A DNA stretch of 41,769 nt from Acidobacteriota bacterium (GTDB lineage: Bacteria > Acidobacteriota > Polarisedimenticolia > J045), in the NCBI GenBank assembly GCA_027021395.1, contig JALUUK010000408.1, positions 1 to 41,769 of the forward strand, in the 5' to 3' direction. The position numbers were made by a program, and so were the translations under genes. Positions 34,741 to 41,769 of this stretch are shown piece after piece (within the stretch, counting starts at the first letter, position 1; every line of letters starts with the position of its first letter). Below the pieces are notes generated by a model. The model had not been told where the DNA came from, ran no database searches, and was given only the letters and a program-made list of their open reading frames with translations.

Positions 34741-35574
34741 ATGGGGCGCTCGTTGCTGTCCAAACGCGAATTGGTCATCACTGCTAGCCTATTCGTGTCG
34801 ATCTGCATCGTCGCTGCGTTGCTCGGTCGGCCGGCGAGAGAGCACGCGAACTCGAAGGAAACACGCGTCGCGGCACCTCCCCCAAAGGCGACATCTCCGG
34901 CGTGGTCAATGCACTCGCCGATCCCCGTCAGTGCTGCACAGTACGGCGAGAAATGGCCCTTCACCGTGCAGTCCGGTTTCATAGCCTACGAAGCGCCCTG
35001 GCGCATTGTCTTTGTAGCCGAGGACGGAACGAAGTACGGATTGAACGGCGTCGCCAAGATGGCTGGGTACCGCGACGTCGAGACAATTTGGAGAGTGGAC
35101 CCCGAATACGGCCCGCCGGTGCATGTTCCGTATCAGTGGATGATCGAGCTCGCCATCGACCGCTGGAAATTGCGGGCTTCCGACGATCTACCCCCCGGGC
35201 AAGAGACCGCTGAGAGGGAGAGCCGCGAGCCCCGCTTGACCGACAGACACATCCCACTGCCGGTCAGTGCGAGCGAATGGGGTGAGCGGTGGCCCTTCAC
35301 TGTAGACGACGGCTACCTTCAGTACATTAGTCCTGGGCAGATCGTATTCATCAACGAGGCGCTCCCGGAGACGTTCGCGTTAAACGAGGCAGCTCGATCT
35401 GCCGGATACGACGATGTCAGAAAAATCCTGCGCATCAGGACCACCAATGGAGTCGCGACACGCATGTCCGTGCAGCCGCTAGTCCGCTATGCAATCGATA
35501 ACTGGGGTCTTGAGACCGGAAGGTGCAAAGTATGCCCCAAGGGCGCGCACCCAGAGGCGGATCAACGCAGCTAA
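34741..35574 (+). CDS. Membrane-anchored protein with two DUF2511/YebY-like domains
   Basis: TM anchor; internal repeat PVSA..YGEKWPFTV..G / PVSASEWGERWPFTVDDG, each followed by Y/F-x-LN. Confidence 0.65.
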   Translation: MGRSLLSKRELVITASLFVSICIVAALLGRPAREHANSKETRVAAPPPKATSPAWSMHSPIPVSAAQYGEKWPFTVQSGFIAYEAPWRIVFVAEDGTKYGLNGVAKMAGYRDVETIWRVDPEYGPPVHVPYQWMIELAIDRWKLRASDDLPPGQETAERESREPRLTDRHIPLPVSASEWGERWPFTVDDGYLQYISPGQIVFINEALPETFALNEAARSAGYDDVRKILRIRTTNGVATRMSVQPLVRYAIDNWGLETGRCKVCPKGAHPEADQRS

Positions 35575-35654
35575 CCGCACGACGGGACTTCTGATGAATG
35601 TGTGATCCGGCGGGCTCCACGCGGAAATGTACTATTACGAGAACGCGGCCATCC

Positions 35655-35663
35655 TGCTATAAT
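35655..35663 (+). promoter_or_regulatory. Extended -10 promoter (TGcTATAAT)
   Basis: Perfect TGnTATAAT ending 7 nt before the repressor ATG. Confidence 0.65.
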
Positions 35664-35669
35664 GGAGAC

Positions 35670-35933
35670 ATGATCGTGCGACGGGATGAAACATTTCGCA
35701 AAAGCCTTGAACGACTGATCGCATCAGGCCGAATCACCAAGTCCGAACTTTGCCGGCGAGCGGGGATGTCGCGTTCTCATCTTGACTACATCCTCAAGGG
35801 TGAAGTCGATCCGAAGATCAGGGTTTGCGACCGCATTGCTGATGCGGTTGGGATTCCTTTGCCTTGGCTGCTGGACCCTGATTTCGCAGAGACACTTTCC
35901 GCCGACGCGGAAACAGTGTCCAAGAGCGCTTGA
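35670..35933 (+). CDS. XRE/Cro-C1 HTH regulator (repressor candidate)
   Basis: TKSELCRRAGMSRSHLDYILKGEVDPKIRVCDRIADAVG. Confidence 0.88.
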   Translation: MIVRRDETFRKSLERLIASGRITKSELCRRAGMSRSHLDYILKGEVDPKIRVCDRIADAVGIPLPWLLDPDFAETLSADAETVSKSA

Positions 35934-35960
35934 CAGCCTGTTCTAGGTTTAGTACAACTG

Positions 35961-35995
35961 GCCGGTGCTGGCTTTGGCTGGCACCGGCTTTTTTT
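35961..35995 (+). terminator. Intrinsic terminator
   Basis: GCCGGTGCTGGC-TTTG-GCTGGCACCGGC followed by a T-tract. Confidence 0.8.
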
Positions 35996-36037
35996 GTGGC
36001 CTGCTTTTCTCGCGAAACGACGATCGGGGACGGAGCC

Positions 36038-36376
36038 ATGCCGGACGTGCAGCGTGAGCTGTTCGATCGGAGCTGGCGGCAGGAGCTGCTGGAGCGGGAT
36101 CGGCCGGCGGCCCATAACCGGACCGAGACGTCGATCGCGGCGGCGGAGCGGATTCGCCCGACGGCCGGGACGAAACGAGCGATCGTCCTGGAGACGATCG
36201 AGCGAGCTGGGACGGAAGGGGCAACGATCGACGAGATTGTGCAGGTTACGGGCCTTTTGACGGCCACTGTCTGCGGGCGGATCAACGAGCTGAAGCGGGA
36301 CGGCTGGATTCAGGACAGCGGCCGGCGCCGGCCGACGCGGTCCGGCAGCCCGGCGATCGTGTGGATCCGGCGGTAA
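36038..36376 (+). CDS. Winged-helix DNA-binding protein
   Basis: TSIAAA..., GATIDEI..TVCGRINELKRDGWIQDSG..RPTRSG.PAIVW. Confidence 0.8.
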   Translation: MPDVQRELFDRSWRQELLERDRPAAHNRTETSIAAAERIRPTAGTKRAIVLETIERAGTEGATIDEIVQVTGLLTATVCGRINELKRDGWIQDSGRRRPTRSGSPAIVWIRR

Positions 36377-36622
36377 GAGGAAAAACTGGGCGCCGCGACG
36401 AGGCGGCGCCAGCGATTAAGGGATGCGGCAGGATGGCCAATCGGGACGGAGCGGGACAGATCGGGGTGGTCGGCCCCAGGGAGGTGAGGAGCGATGCGGG
36501 CCGGCGGCCCGGGCCTCTGAGCCGGAGGGTCGACGATGTATGCTGCATCCTTTCCGCCATTACACATCTCAGTCATTCTCCAATGGGGACAGCCGGAACA
36601 GTCGAGCACGGAGGGGCCGGTG

Positions 36623-37714
36623 ATGGCAGACCAGGGCGGGCCCGCCCCACGGTTGCGAGTGTTTCCCCCTACGGGGGCTTCTTCCCCCTACGGGATGGGC
36701 AATCCCGTAGGGGAAAACGATTCCGCCGGCTACTGGCCGCTGCGCCGCTGCTGGGAGGAATCGCTCTCAAAGAAAATCGAGCTCTCGCCGGCGACGCTGA
36801 AGCACTACCGCCGGCTCATCAACCAGTGGGAAGCTTACTGGCGCAAGCGCGGCTGCGAGCGTCCGCTCGGCCCGGACGTGCGCGAGATCCAGCCGAAGGA
36901 CTTCAACGATTTCGCTCGGGCCCAGGGGTGGACAGCGAAGTCCACCTGGTCCACGCGGCGCGATTATTTCGGGAAGATTCTGAAGTCGGTTGCCCGGGCG
37001 AGCAAATCGTGTCCGATCGGGCTGACGGAAGGCTGGCTCTTCGAGCAGCCGCCATTCCTCGCCCCGCTGCCGCCGGGGCTGGCGCCAAAGCCCGAGACGC
37101 CCGAAGCCCTCACCGTGGACCAATTCGCCCGGCTGCTGGAATGCTGCGACGGCGCTCGCTGGCCCTGGAGACGAGCGATCGTGCCGGCTCCGGTGCTGTG
37201 GCGTGCTTATCTGAGCTTCCTCTGGGTCTACGGGTCGCGCAAGGACGCGGCATTGCGGCTCACTTGGCGGGAGGTCGATCTGGAGCGCGAGCGGCTGGAT
37301 TACGTGCCGGACAAGAAGGCGGATCGGGTGTCGGTCGCCCTTCACACACTCTTGCTGCCGCTGCTGCATTTTCTCCGCGATCGATCGCCGGACCGCGTCT
37401 TCCCGTTTCCCAACACGGCGCGGACGGCCGCCCAGGAGAATTTCAATCCACAGCTCAAGGCGATTTTTCGGGCGGCCGGCCTGGTAGAGCATACCAGCCA
37501 CTTCTTTCGCGTCTGCTGCGTCACCAACTGGCAGACGCTGGTCGGGCGGCGGACTCGCTTCGTGACCGGACATCGGCCGCAGGGCGTGCAGGAAAAGCAC
37601 TACGACAGTCGAAGCGCTCGCCAGGTGATCGCCGAGCGAATGGCCGAGTATCCGATGCCGCCCGCCGAGACGCTCTGGGCTGGCTTACCGTTGGAATACC
37701 TTCCTGGAGCCTGA
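36623..37714 (+). CDS. Tyrosine integrase/recombinase (start may be 36536)
   Basis: YGSR (R), KK, SHFFR (HxxR), TGH and KHY catalytic residues; SAM-like N-domain. Confidence 0.88.
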   Translation: MADQGGPAPRLRVFPPTGASSPYGMGNPVGENDSAGYWPLRRCWEESLSKKIELSPATLKHYRRLINQWEAYWRKRGCERPLGPDVREIQPKDFNDFARAQGWTAKSTWSTRRDYFGKILKSVARASKSCPIGLTEGWLFEQPPFLAPLPPGLAPKPETPEALTVDQFARLLECCDGARWPWRRAIVPAPVLWRAYLSFLWVYGSRKDAALRLTWREVDLERERLDYVPDKKADRVSVALHTLLLPLLHFLRDRSPDRVFPFPNTARTAAQENFNPQLKAIFRAAGLVEHTSHFFRVCCVTNWQTLVGRRTRFVTGHRPQGVQEKHYDSRSARQVIAERMAEYPMPPAETLWAGLPLEYLPGA

Positions 37715-38235
37715 TGCGTCCACTCCCTCTGAGCCCGTCGGGGGTATCCAACGACTTCGTCTCTGTCCGGTCGACGAGTCCCCCTCCCCGGCGGGCGTTT
37801 CTTCTGGTCCCCGCTGTGTCGCATCACGCGAGACCTCCTGTAGAGCCGCCGGCGGACGATCCGATCTTCCGTGCCTATCTGATCGTCGCGCTCATTGTGG
37901 CAGCGATCACGTTCGTCGTGCTCACTCTGCAGGGCGACGGCGTGCCGGGCAAGTGGAGACCGCTGCCCGGCCGGATCGAGGCCTCGGTGATGTTCGGCCT
38001 CGCTTGGCCGCTGACAGTCCTAAGAGTGGGTGTGGTACGGGATCACGACGTTTTGGCGGCGTCACGCGACTCGGAAGAGGTGACGGAACGATGTGTGAGG
38101 AATCGCGGCGTGCTGCAGAATCGGCCAGGCCGGCTGGTTCTGGCATCACCACCTATCGGTCCTGGATTGAGGGACCCCGGTTTGCCGGCCGGTGGGATTG
38201 GGCCCTGCGCGACATGGCCCGCACGCTCGGGCTGA
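37714..38235 (+). CDS. Putative membrane protein
   Basis: TGATG coupling; YLIVALIVAAITFVVL; 3' end overlaps the next gene, so the boundary is uncertain. Confidence 0.4.
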   Translation: MRPLPLSPSGVSNDFVSVRSTSPPPRRAFLLVPAVSHHARPPVEPPADDPIFRAYLIVALIVAAITFVVLTLQGDGVPGKWRPLPGRIEASVMFGLAWPLTVLRVGVVRDHDVLAASRDSEEVTERCVRNRGVLQNRPGRLVLASPPIGPGLRDPGLPAGGIGPCATWPARSG

Positions 38236-38366
38236 GCATCACAGTGCAGCGCGAGACGAGCCTGTTGAGGCAGCGAGTCGACTTCACGATCTCTGGACGC
38301 CGGGAGAACGTGCTCACATTTCTCCAGTGCCTGCAGCGTTTCGTCGACGAGTGGAACGAGGAATGA
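38091..38366 (+). CDS. Hypothetical protein
   Basis: GAGGTGA RBS; stop adjacent to the next start. Confidence 0.55.
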   Translation: MCEESRRAAESARPAGSGITTYRSWIEGPRFAGRWDWALRDMARTLGLSITVQRETSLLRQRVDFTISGRRENVLTFLQCLQRFVDEWNEE

Positions 38367-38367
38367 G

Positions 38368-38910
38368 ATGCGGGATTTCACCGACTACGAGCTTTGGGTG
38401 GTCCGCCAAGCTGAGGGAATCGTCCGTATGCTGCAGGAGGCGGCTCAAATCGCACAGGCCACCATACCGCCCCTTGGCAAGACCTGCAGCCGTCGCGAAC
38501 TGGAGCTGTACCGGGAGATCATCGACGCCCGCCGCGCCGCCATAGAAGCAAGAGACCGCCTTGGCCAAGCGATCGACCTATATCGTACGCCGGCGATGGC
38601 CGGACCTTTTCCGAGAAAGGAGGAGCACGCAATGGGAGAGACCGTTCGTTATTCGATAGGTGTGGATAGCCCAATCACTCCACAGGAACCTCTGCCGGCG
38701 CTGCCGGAGATTCCTCGCGGCGCCTTGGTGGTGGTCGAGGGGTGGGCGCCGATCTGGCGGTACGCGATGGCGCTTCACCGGCTCCACGGGTCGCCGGCCG
38801 GTGCCATCGCGGTCTATGACCCGCGTCTCGGAGCCGTCGTTGTCCAGAGCCACACGCCCGCATACGCGGAAGGGGACGTGCTGGACTTCCCGGAGGATAG
38901 GGCGCAATGA
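38368..38910 (+). CDS. Helical N-terminal region in frame with a Csx3 domain (fusion or read-through ORF)
   Basis: GAGG RBS; no stop before the internal Csx3 start. Confidence 0.5.
   Translation: MRDFTDYELWVVRQAEGIVRMLQEAAQIAQATIPPLGKTCSRRELELYREIIDARRAAIEARDRLGQAIDLYRTPAMAGPFPRKEEHAMGETVRYSIGVDSPITPQEPLPALPEIPRGALVVVEGWAPIWRYAMALHRLHGSPAGAIAVYDPRLGAVVVQSHTPAYAEGDVLDFPEDRAQ
38632..38910 (+). CDS. csx3: Csx3/Crn3 CRISPR-associated cyclic oligoadenylate ring nuclease
   Basis: VVVEGWAPIWRYAMALHRLHGSPAGAIAVYDPRLGAVVVQSH..EGDV matches the Csx3 signature; own AGGAGGAG RBS. Confidence 0.88.
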   Translation: MGETVRYSIGVDSPITPQEPLPALPEIPRGALVVVEGWAPIWRYAMALHRLHGSPAGAIAVYDPRLGAVVVQSHTPAYAEGDVLDFPEDRAQ

Positions 38911-39128
38911 CCAATGCAAGGAGCCGGTACGTCGCGGTATGTCCCAAGTGCCGATGGAAGGGATACAGGGTTGAACCGGAATGTGAGTGCTACGACCGCG
39001 TGTGCCACGTGTGGGCACCGGGCCTTGGATGTCCGCGGCAAGCGAAACGACCATGCCCGCACTGCGGTGCGGAAGTGATTGCGTACCCGGTGCGGTTCAG
39101 ACGGAGGATAGGGGGCAATGACAGGTGA
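38907..39128 (+). CDS. Small Cys-rich zinc-ribbon protein
   Basis: CPKC...CPHCG; ATGA coupling. Confidence 0.6.
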   Translation: MTNARSRYVAVCPKCRWKGYRVEPECECYDRVCHVWAPGLGCPRQAKRPCPHCGAEVIAYPVRFRRRIGGNDR

Positions 39129-39423
39129 TACAGACGCTACACTGCCGTCCCAGCATCTCTGGGACGGCATCGACGCCTTTCCCGGGGATGTAGACGAGAG
39201 CGACATCCTCGCGCAGCCGCTTCTGCGCGATCTCGACGATTTAGACACTGTCCCTCGCTGGGTCGCGCGCTTCGTCCTGCGCGACCTGCGGGAGCTGCGA
39301 GCGATCTGTGAGGCGGCGGGGATCGAGCTGGACGTATCACCGTGCCGCGAGTGCAATCGCGAAACGGTCTGTCTGCCCGAGGGACTGCTGCCGATCTGCG
39401 TGGACTGCCGGAGGGCGGAATGA
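39118..39423 (+). CDS. Hypothetical protein with CxxC pair
   Basis: CREC...CVDC; coupled to neighbouring genes. Confidence 0.65.
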   Translation: MTGDTDATLPSQHLWDGIDAFPGDVDESDILAQPLLRDLDDLDTVPRWVARFVLRDLRELRAICEAAGIELDVSPCRECNRETVCLPEGLLPICVDCRRAE

Positions 39424-39776
39424 CCGTCGTGCCATTGAATTTGCAGCGATGGATCGAAGGCCGGCTGGAGAACAGCGGCTGGGACCACATATTGACGGTC
39501 GTGCCCGAAAGCGGAGGCGGGGTTCGTCGGCGCATCCGTGTTTGGCTGTCGCACGATGGCCTCCGGCTGGCCATTGTCTGGCCGCACGCGACGCGGGTCA
39601 TCGACCTAACGGTCGCCCCGGAGCATAACCCGGAGCAGGGCGAGTACCACAATGGGGCGATGGGTCTATCAGTGCTGATCACCCGACATGGGAGACAGGA
39701 GGCAGACGATGGCGAACAAGCAGAAAACGCCGGGAAAGAAAGAGACGGCGAGCAAAATCTTGACGGAGCTGGGTGA
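39420..39776 (+). CDS. Hypothetical protein
   Basis: ATGA coupling; MTVVPLNLQRWIEGRLE... Confidence 0.55.
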   Translation: MTVVPLNLQRWIEGRLENSGWDHILTVVPESGGGVRRRIRVWLSHDGLRLAIVWPHATRVIDLTVAPEHNPEQGEYHNGAMGLSVLITRHGRQEADDGEQAENAGKERDGEQNLDGAG

Positions 39777-39927
39777 AGCTGAGTTGGACGTCACTCGGCT
39801 GGAGGACCGCATGGATGAGCTCCGCGAAGAGCTGAAGGACGCAAAGAAGGAGTACCAGGCCGCAGTCGCTCGTCTGCGGCTGCTCGTCCGGGACGTGGCG
39901 ACAGGCCAGATGCGACTGTTCGACTGA
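39709..39927 (+). CDS. Small coiled-coil protein ending in QMRLFD
   Basis: AGGAGG RBS; C-terminal QxxLF resembles a sliding-clamp-binding motif. Confidence 0.7.
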   Translation: MANKQKTPGKKETASKILTELGEAELDVTRLEDRMDELREELKDAKKEYQAAVARLRLLVRDVATGQMRLFD

Positions 39928-40045
39928 CAACAGGACGGACACGGACGGGTGAGGCTGGCTGAGGGATCGGCTGGCGGAACGGATTCGCCGGGCCGGGGTA
40001 CGGACGCCCCGGCCCGCATGGAGGCTCGGATCAGGAGGACGGGAA

Positions 40046-40264
40046 ATGCTAGTGCTCGGACGCCAGCAAGGCGATTCGATCGTGATTGATACGCCGCTGG
40101 GCGAGATCACTATCACCGTTGTGCGGCTGGGCCAGCGCTACGCTCGGATCGGCATCGAGGCCCCGGCCGGCTGGCCGATCGTCCGATCCGAGATTCGCGG
40201 CCGCGAGGAACCGGCAGACGACGAACTGCCGATGCGCGTGGCGTTGAGGAATCTGCGGACGTGA
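40046..40264 (+). CDS. csrA: Carbon storage regulator CsrA/RsmA
   Basis: MLVLGRQQGDSIVI...ITITVV...RIGIEAP...IVRSEI; AGGAGG RBS. Confidence 0.9.
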   Translation: MLVLGRQQGDSIVIDTPLGEITITVVRLGQRYARIGIEAPAGWPIVRSEIRGREEPADDELPMRVALRNLRT

Positions 40265-40340
40265 CCCGGGTCGGCCCGGGTCGTATCAGGTCGGTCCCGG
40301 TCGAGTCAGGTCGGGCCGGGTCGGATCGGGTCGGAATCGA
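40265..40340 (+). repeat. Phased 10-bp repeat array (7 x CNGGTCG)
   Basis: GGTCG at 40269, 40279, 40289, 40299, 40309, 40319 and 40329. Confidence 0.9.
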
Positions 40341-40348
40341 CAAGGAGG

Positions 40349-41242
40349 GTGTGCGCGGTGCAACTGGAATTTGACTTCGATCCCAAACTCGAATCAGCAG
40401 CGAAAAACGATGAGCGACTGGAGGCCGTCGGAGTCTCAGCAATGCGGCGAGCCGTGATCTGGCTGTTCCAACTCCACCCGGAAGCCAAGCGCGATGGCAC
40501 GTTGATCCGGCTCGATCTGAGCTTCATAAAGGCATCCCAGTGGCTGCGCAACCAGGCTCGGTGGCGAAACTTGCGCTGTGCCGACACGAACGTGCGACGC
40601 GCCTGCGTGTTCTGGCAGCAATTGCACTGCGTCGCGATCCTGAAGCGACCACGAGTCCTGCTGCTGGATGTGGCGCGACTGAGCGAGTGGCTCTATCGCG
40701 AACAAGAAGCGGTGGAACGAGCCGTCTCGTCGGCTCTCAATTTCGCCGGCGACGGAGCCCCCCCGAAAACAAATCCGACCCGGTCCGACCCGATCCGACC
40801 CGCGTCGACCCTCAGTGAGAGAGTGAGTGAAGAAAAAACTCATTCACTCACTCACTCTGTGGGCGGGGTGGATCGGTCCGATCGGACGGATCAGACGGAT
40901 CGGACAGATCATCCCTCGGCACCGGCCGGGGCGTCGGTGGTGCTGCCTCGGCTGCCGGTGGAGGTGTGGGAGCCCGGCCGAGACGATCGGTCGCTGTATC
41001 GGCTGCTGCGGGCGTATTGGACCGAGCACGGGCCGGCCCTCGAGGCGGCCGGCATCGACGCCGACACGTTCACCGGCGCCGTCCTGGCCGCTCGGGCCCA
41101 GCCACGCACCGACCCGCAGCGTTACGCCGAGCGGTGCCTGGAGCTCGGCCTGACGGAGAACTGGCTCGCCCAGGGGCGCGCCTGGCGCCGCCGGCAGAAG
41201 ATTCTGTTCTCTCGGCCTATCACACATGGAGCGGTGCAATGA
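40349..41242 (+). CDS. Putative replication initiator containing origin-like repeats
   Basis: AAGGAGG RBS; two domains joined by a repeat-encoded linker; early-region position (function is inference). Confidence 0.55.
   Translation: MCAVQLEFDFDPKLESAAKNDERLEAVGVSAMRRAVIWLFQLHPEAKRDGTLIRLDLSFIKASQWLRNQARWRNLRCADTNVRRACVFWQQLHCVAILKRPRVLLLDVARLSEWLYREQEAVERAVSSALNFAGDGAPPKTNPTRSDPIRPASTLSERVSEEKTHSLTHSVGGVDRSDRTDQTDRTDHPSAPAGASVVLPRLPVEVWEPGRDDRSLYRLLRAYWTEHGPALEAAGIDADTFTGAVLAARAQPRTDPQRYAERCLELGLTENWLAQGRAWRRRQKILFSRPITHGAVQ
40771..40910 (+). other. Putative replication origin
   Basis: 4 x CGACC at 10-nt phase; AT-rich inverted repeat GAGTGAGTGAA...TTCACTCACTC; 5 x GATC at 9-nt phase. Confidence 0.5.
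40891..41196 (+). repeat. Imperfect direct repeat, copy 2 of 1..306
   Basis: Offset of 40,890 bp; a second homology block at about 41313-41547 matches about 675-909. Confidence 0.95.
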
Positions 41243-41577
41243 CACTGAAGCAAGGCGAACCGCCGGCGTCAGCCGGCGGGTGTAAAGCGGCTGAACAGTC
41301 AGACGTGCCAAACCCGCTGGAGCGGGCCCTATTCCTCTGCGGGATACTGTGCGCCCTGCTGCGGAGACATCCGCAAGGGCGGGTCCTATTCATCGCCCGC
41401 CAAGCGGAACAGCACACCTGGGTCGTCATTTGCCGGCGGCGGGACTGGCCGCGAGCGATCTGGCAGCTCGCTCGTTGGGCCTTCGACCGCTCGCTCCCGC
41501 TCCGCCCCCGCCACGCCCTCGGTCTGGCCGTGCGGCTCACCGTGCAGCTTTTTAGTGCGAGGCATAGCCATGATTGA
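41239..41577 (+). CDS. Hypothetical phage protein; paralog of 637..954
   Basis: ATGA coupling; shared PLERA...HTWVVICRRRDWPRAIWQLARWAFDR. Confidence 0.75.
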   Translation: MTLKQGEPPASAGGCKAAEQSDVPNPLERALFLCGILCALLRRHPQGRVLFIARQAEQHTWVVICRRRDWPRAIWQLARWAFDRSLPLRPRHALGLAVRLTVQLFSARHSHD

Positions 41578-41769
41578 AGTCCCAACAGCAACACAGCTTT
41601 TTGCACTCGCTCGCGGCGTTAACGTCCGATTCGGCGACCACCGCTGCTATTACTGCGGCGGAGCGTGTGCCGAGGAATGTGTGCCGGCCAGCGAGCATGT
41701 GAAGGCGAGCTTCACAAGTCGGGACACGGTTTGCGGCGGGGATCGGGTCTGCGACGGGTGTATTTCGGC
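41570..41769 (+). CDS. 3'-truncated ORF resembling type IV CRISPR Csf1 (Cas8-like) N-terminal Zn-finger region
   Basis: Manual translation MIEVPTATQLFALARGVNVRFGDHRCYYCGGAC...VKASFTSRDTVCGGDRVCDGCIS; CxxCG...FT...VCxxC pattern. Confidence 0.5.
   Translation, partial: MIEVPTATQLFALARGVNVRFGDHRCYYCGGACAEECVPASEHVKASFTSRDTVCGGDRVCDGCIS

Larger units (their letters stand above)
1..41769. mobile_element. Temperate siphovirus-like phage/prophage (about 40.9-kb unit plus start of a diverged related copy)
   Basis: Complete head-tail operon, integrase, repressor, att-like tRNA fragment; no tail sheath recognised; paralogous ends. Confidence 0.93.

Noticed and set aside
36361-38235. 624-aa ORF overlapping the integrase
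   Set aside because: Low-complexity Arg/Ala/Gly alternative frame of GC-rich DNA; only the part from 37714 is plausible
40265-40340. 10-bp array as a mini-CRISPR
   Set aside because: Period is far too short and there are no spacers

Overview
GC-rich temperate tailed phage or prophage sequence, probably from a Planctomycetota host. The host call is an inference from a DUF6800-like gene, a csrA-like gene and the style of the palindromic repeats. A minus-strand lambda-like morphogenesis operon (about 5.8-32.9 kb) encodes TerS, GpA-type TerL, gpW-like, portal, S49 protease with nested scaffold, decoration protein, capsid, neck/tail proteins, a frameshifting tail chaperone, tape measure, tail fibre and a LamG protein. 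It also carries unusual cargo: a B4GALNT-like glycosyltransferase-sulfotransferase fusion, a secreted trypsin-collagen protease and a thermonuclease. No endolysin is recognisable. Plus-strand early regions (1-5.7 kb and 34.5-41.8 kb) encode an XRE repressor, a tyrosine integrase, a serine recombinase, an RHH regulator, CsrA and a putative replication initiator with origin-like repeats. They also encode a stand-alone Csx3/Crn3 ring nuclease and a truncated Csf1-like (type IV CRISPR) gene at the right edge. A tRNA-Glu-like 3' fragment at about 34.46 kb is a candidate att site. The two window ends are diverged paralogous copies with a period of 40,890 bp. Three REP-like palindrome families occupy late-operon junctions; one supplies the TAG stop codon of four genes. 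All family assignments come from motif recognition by eye, and no database searches were run.
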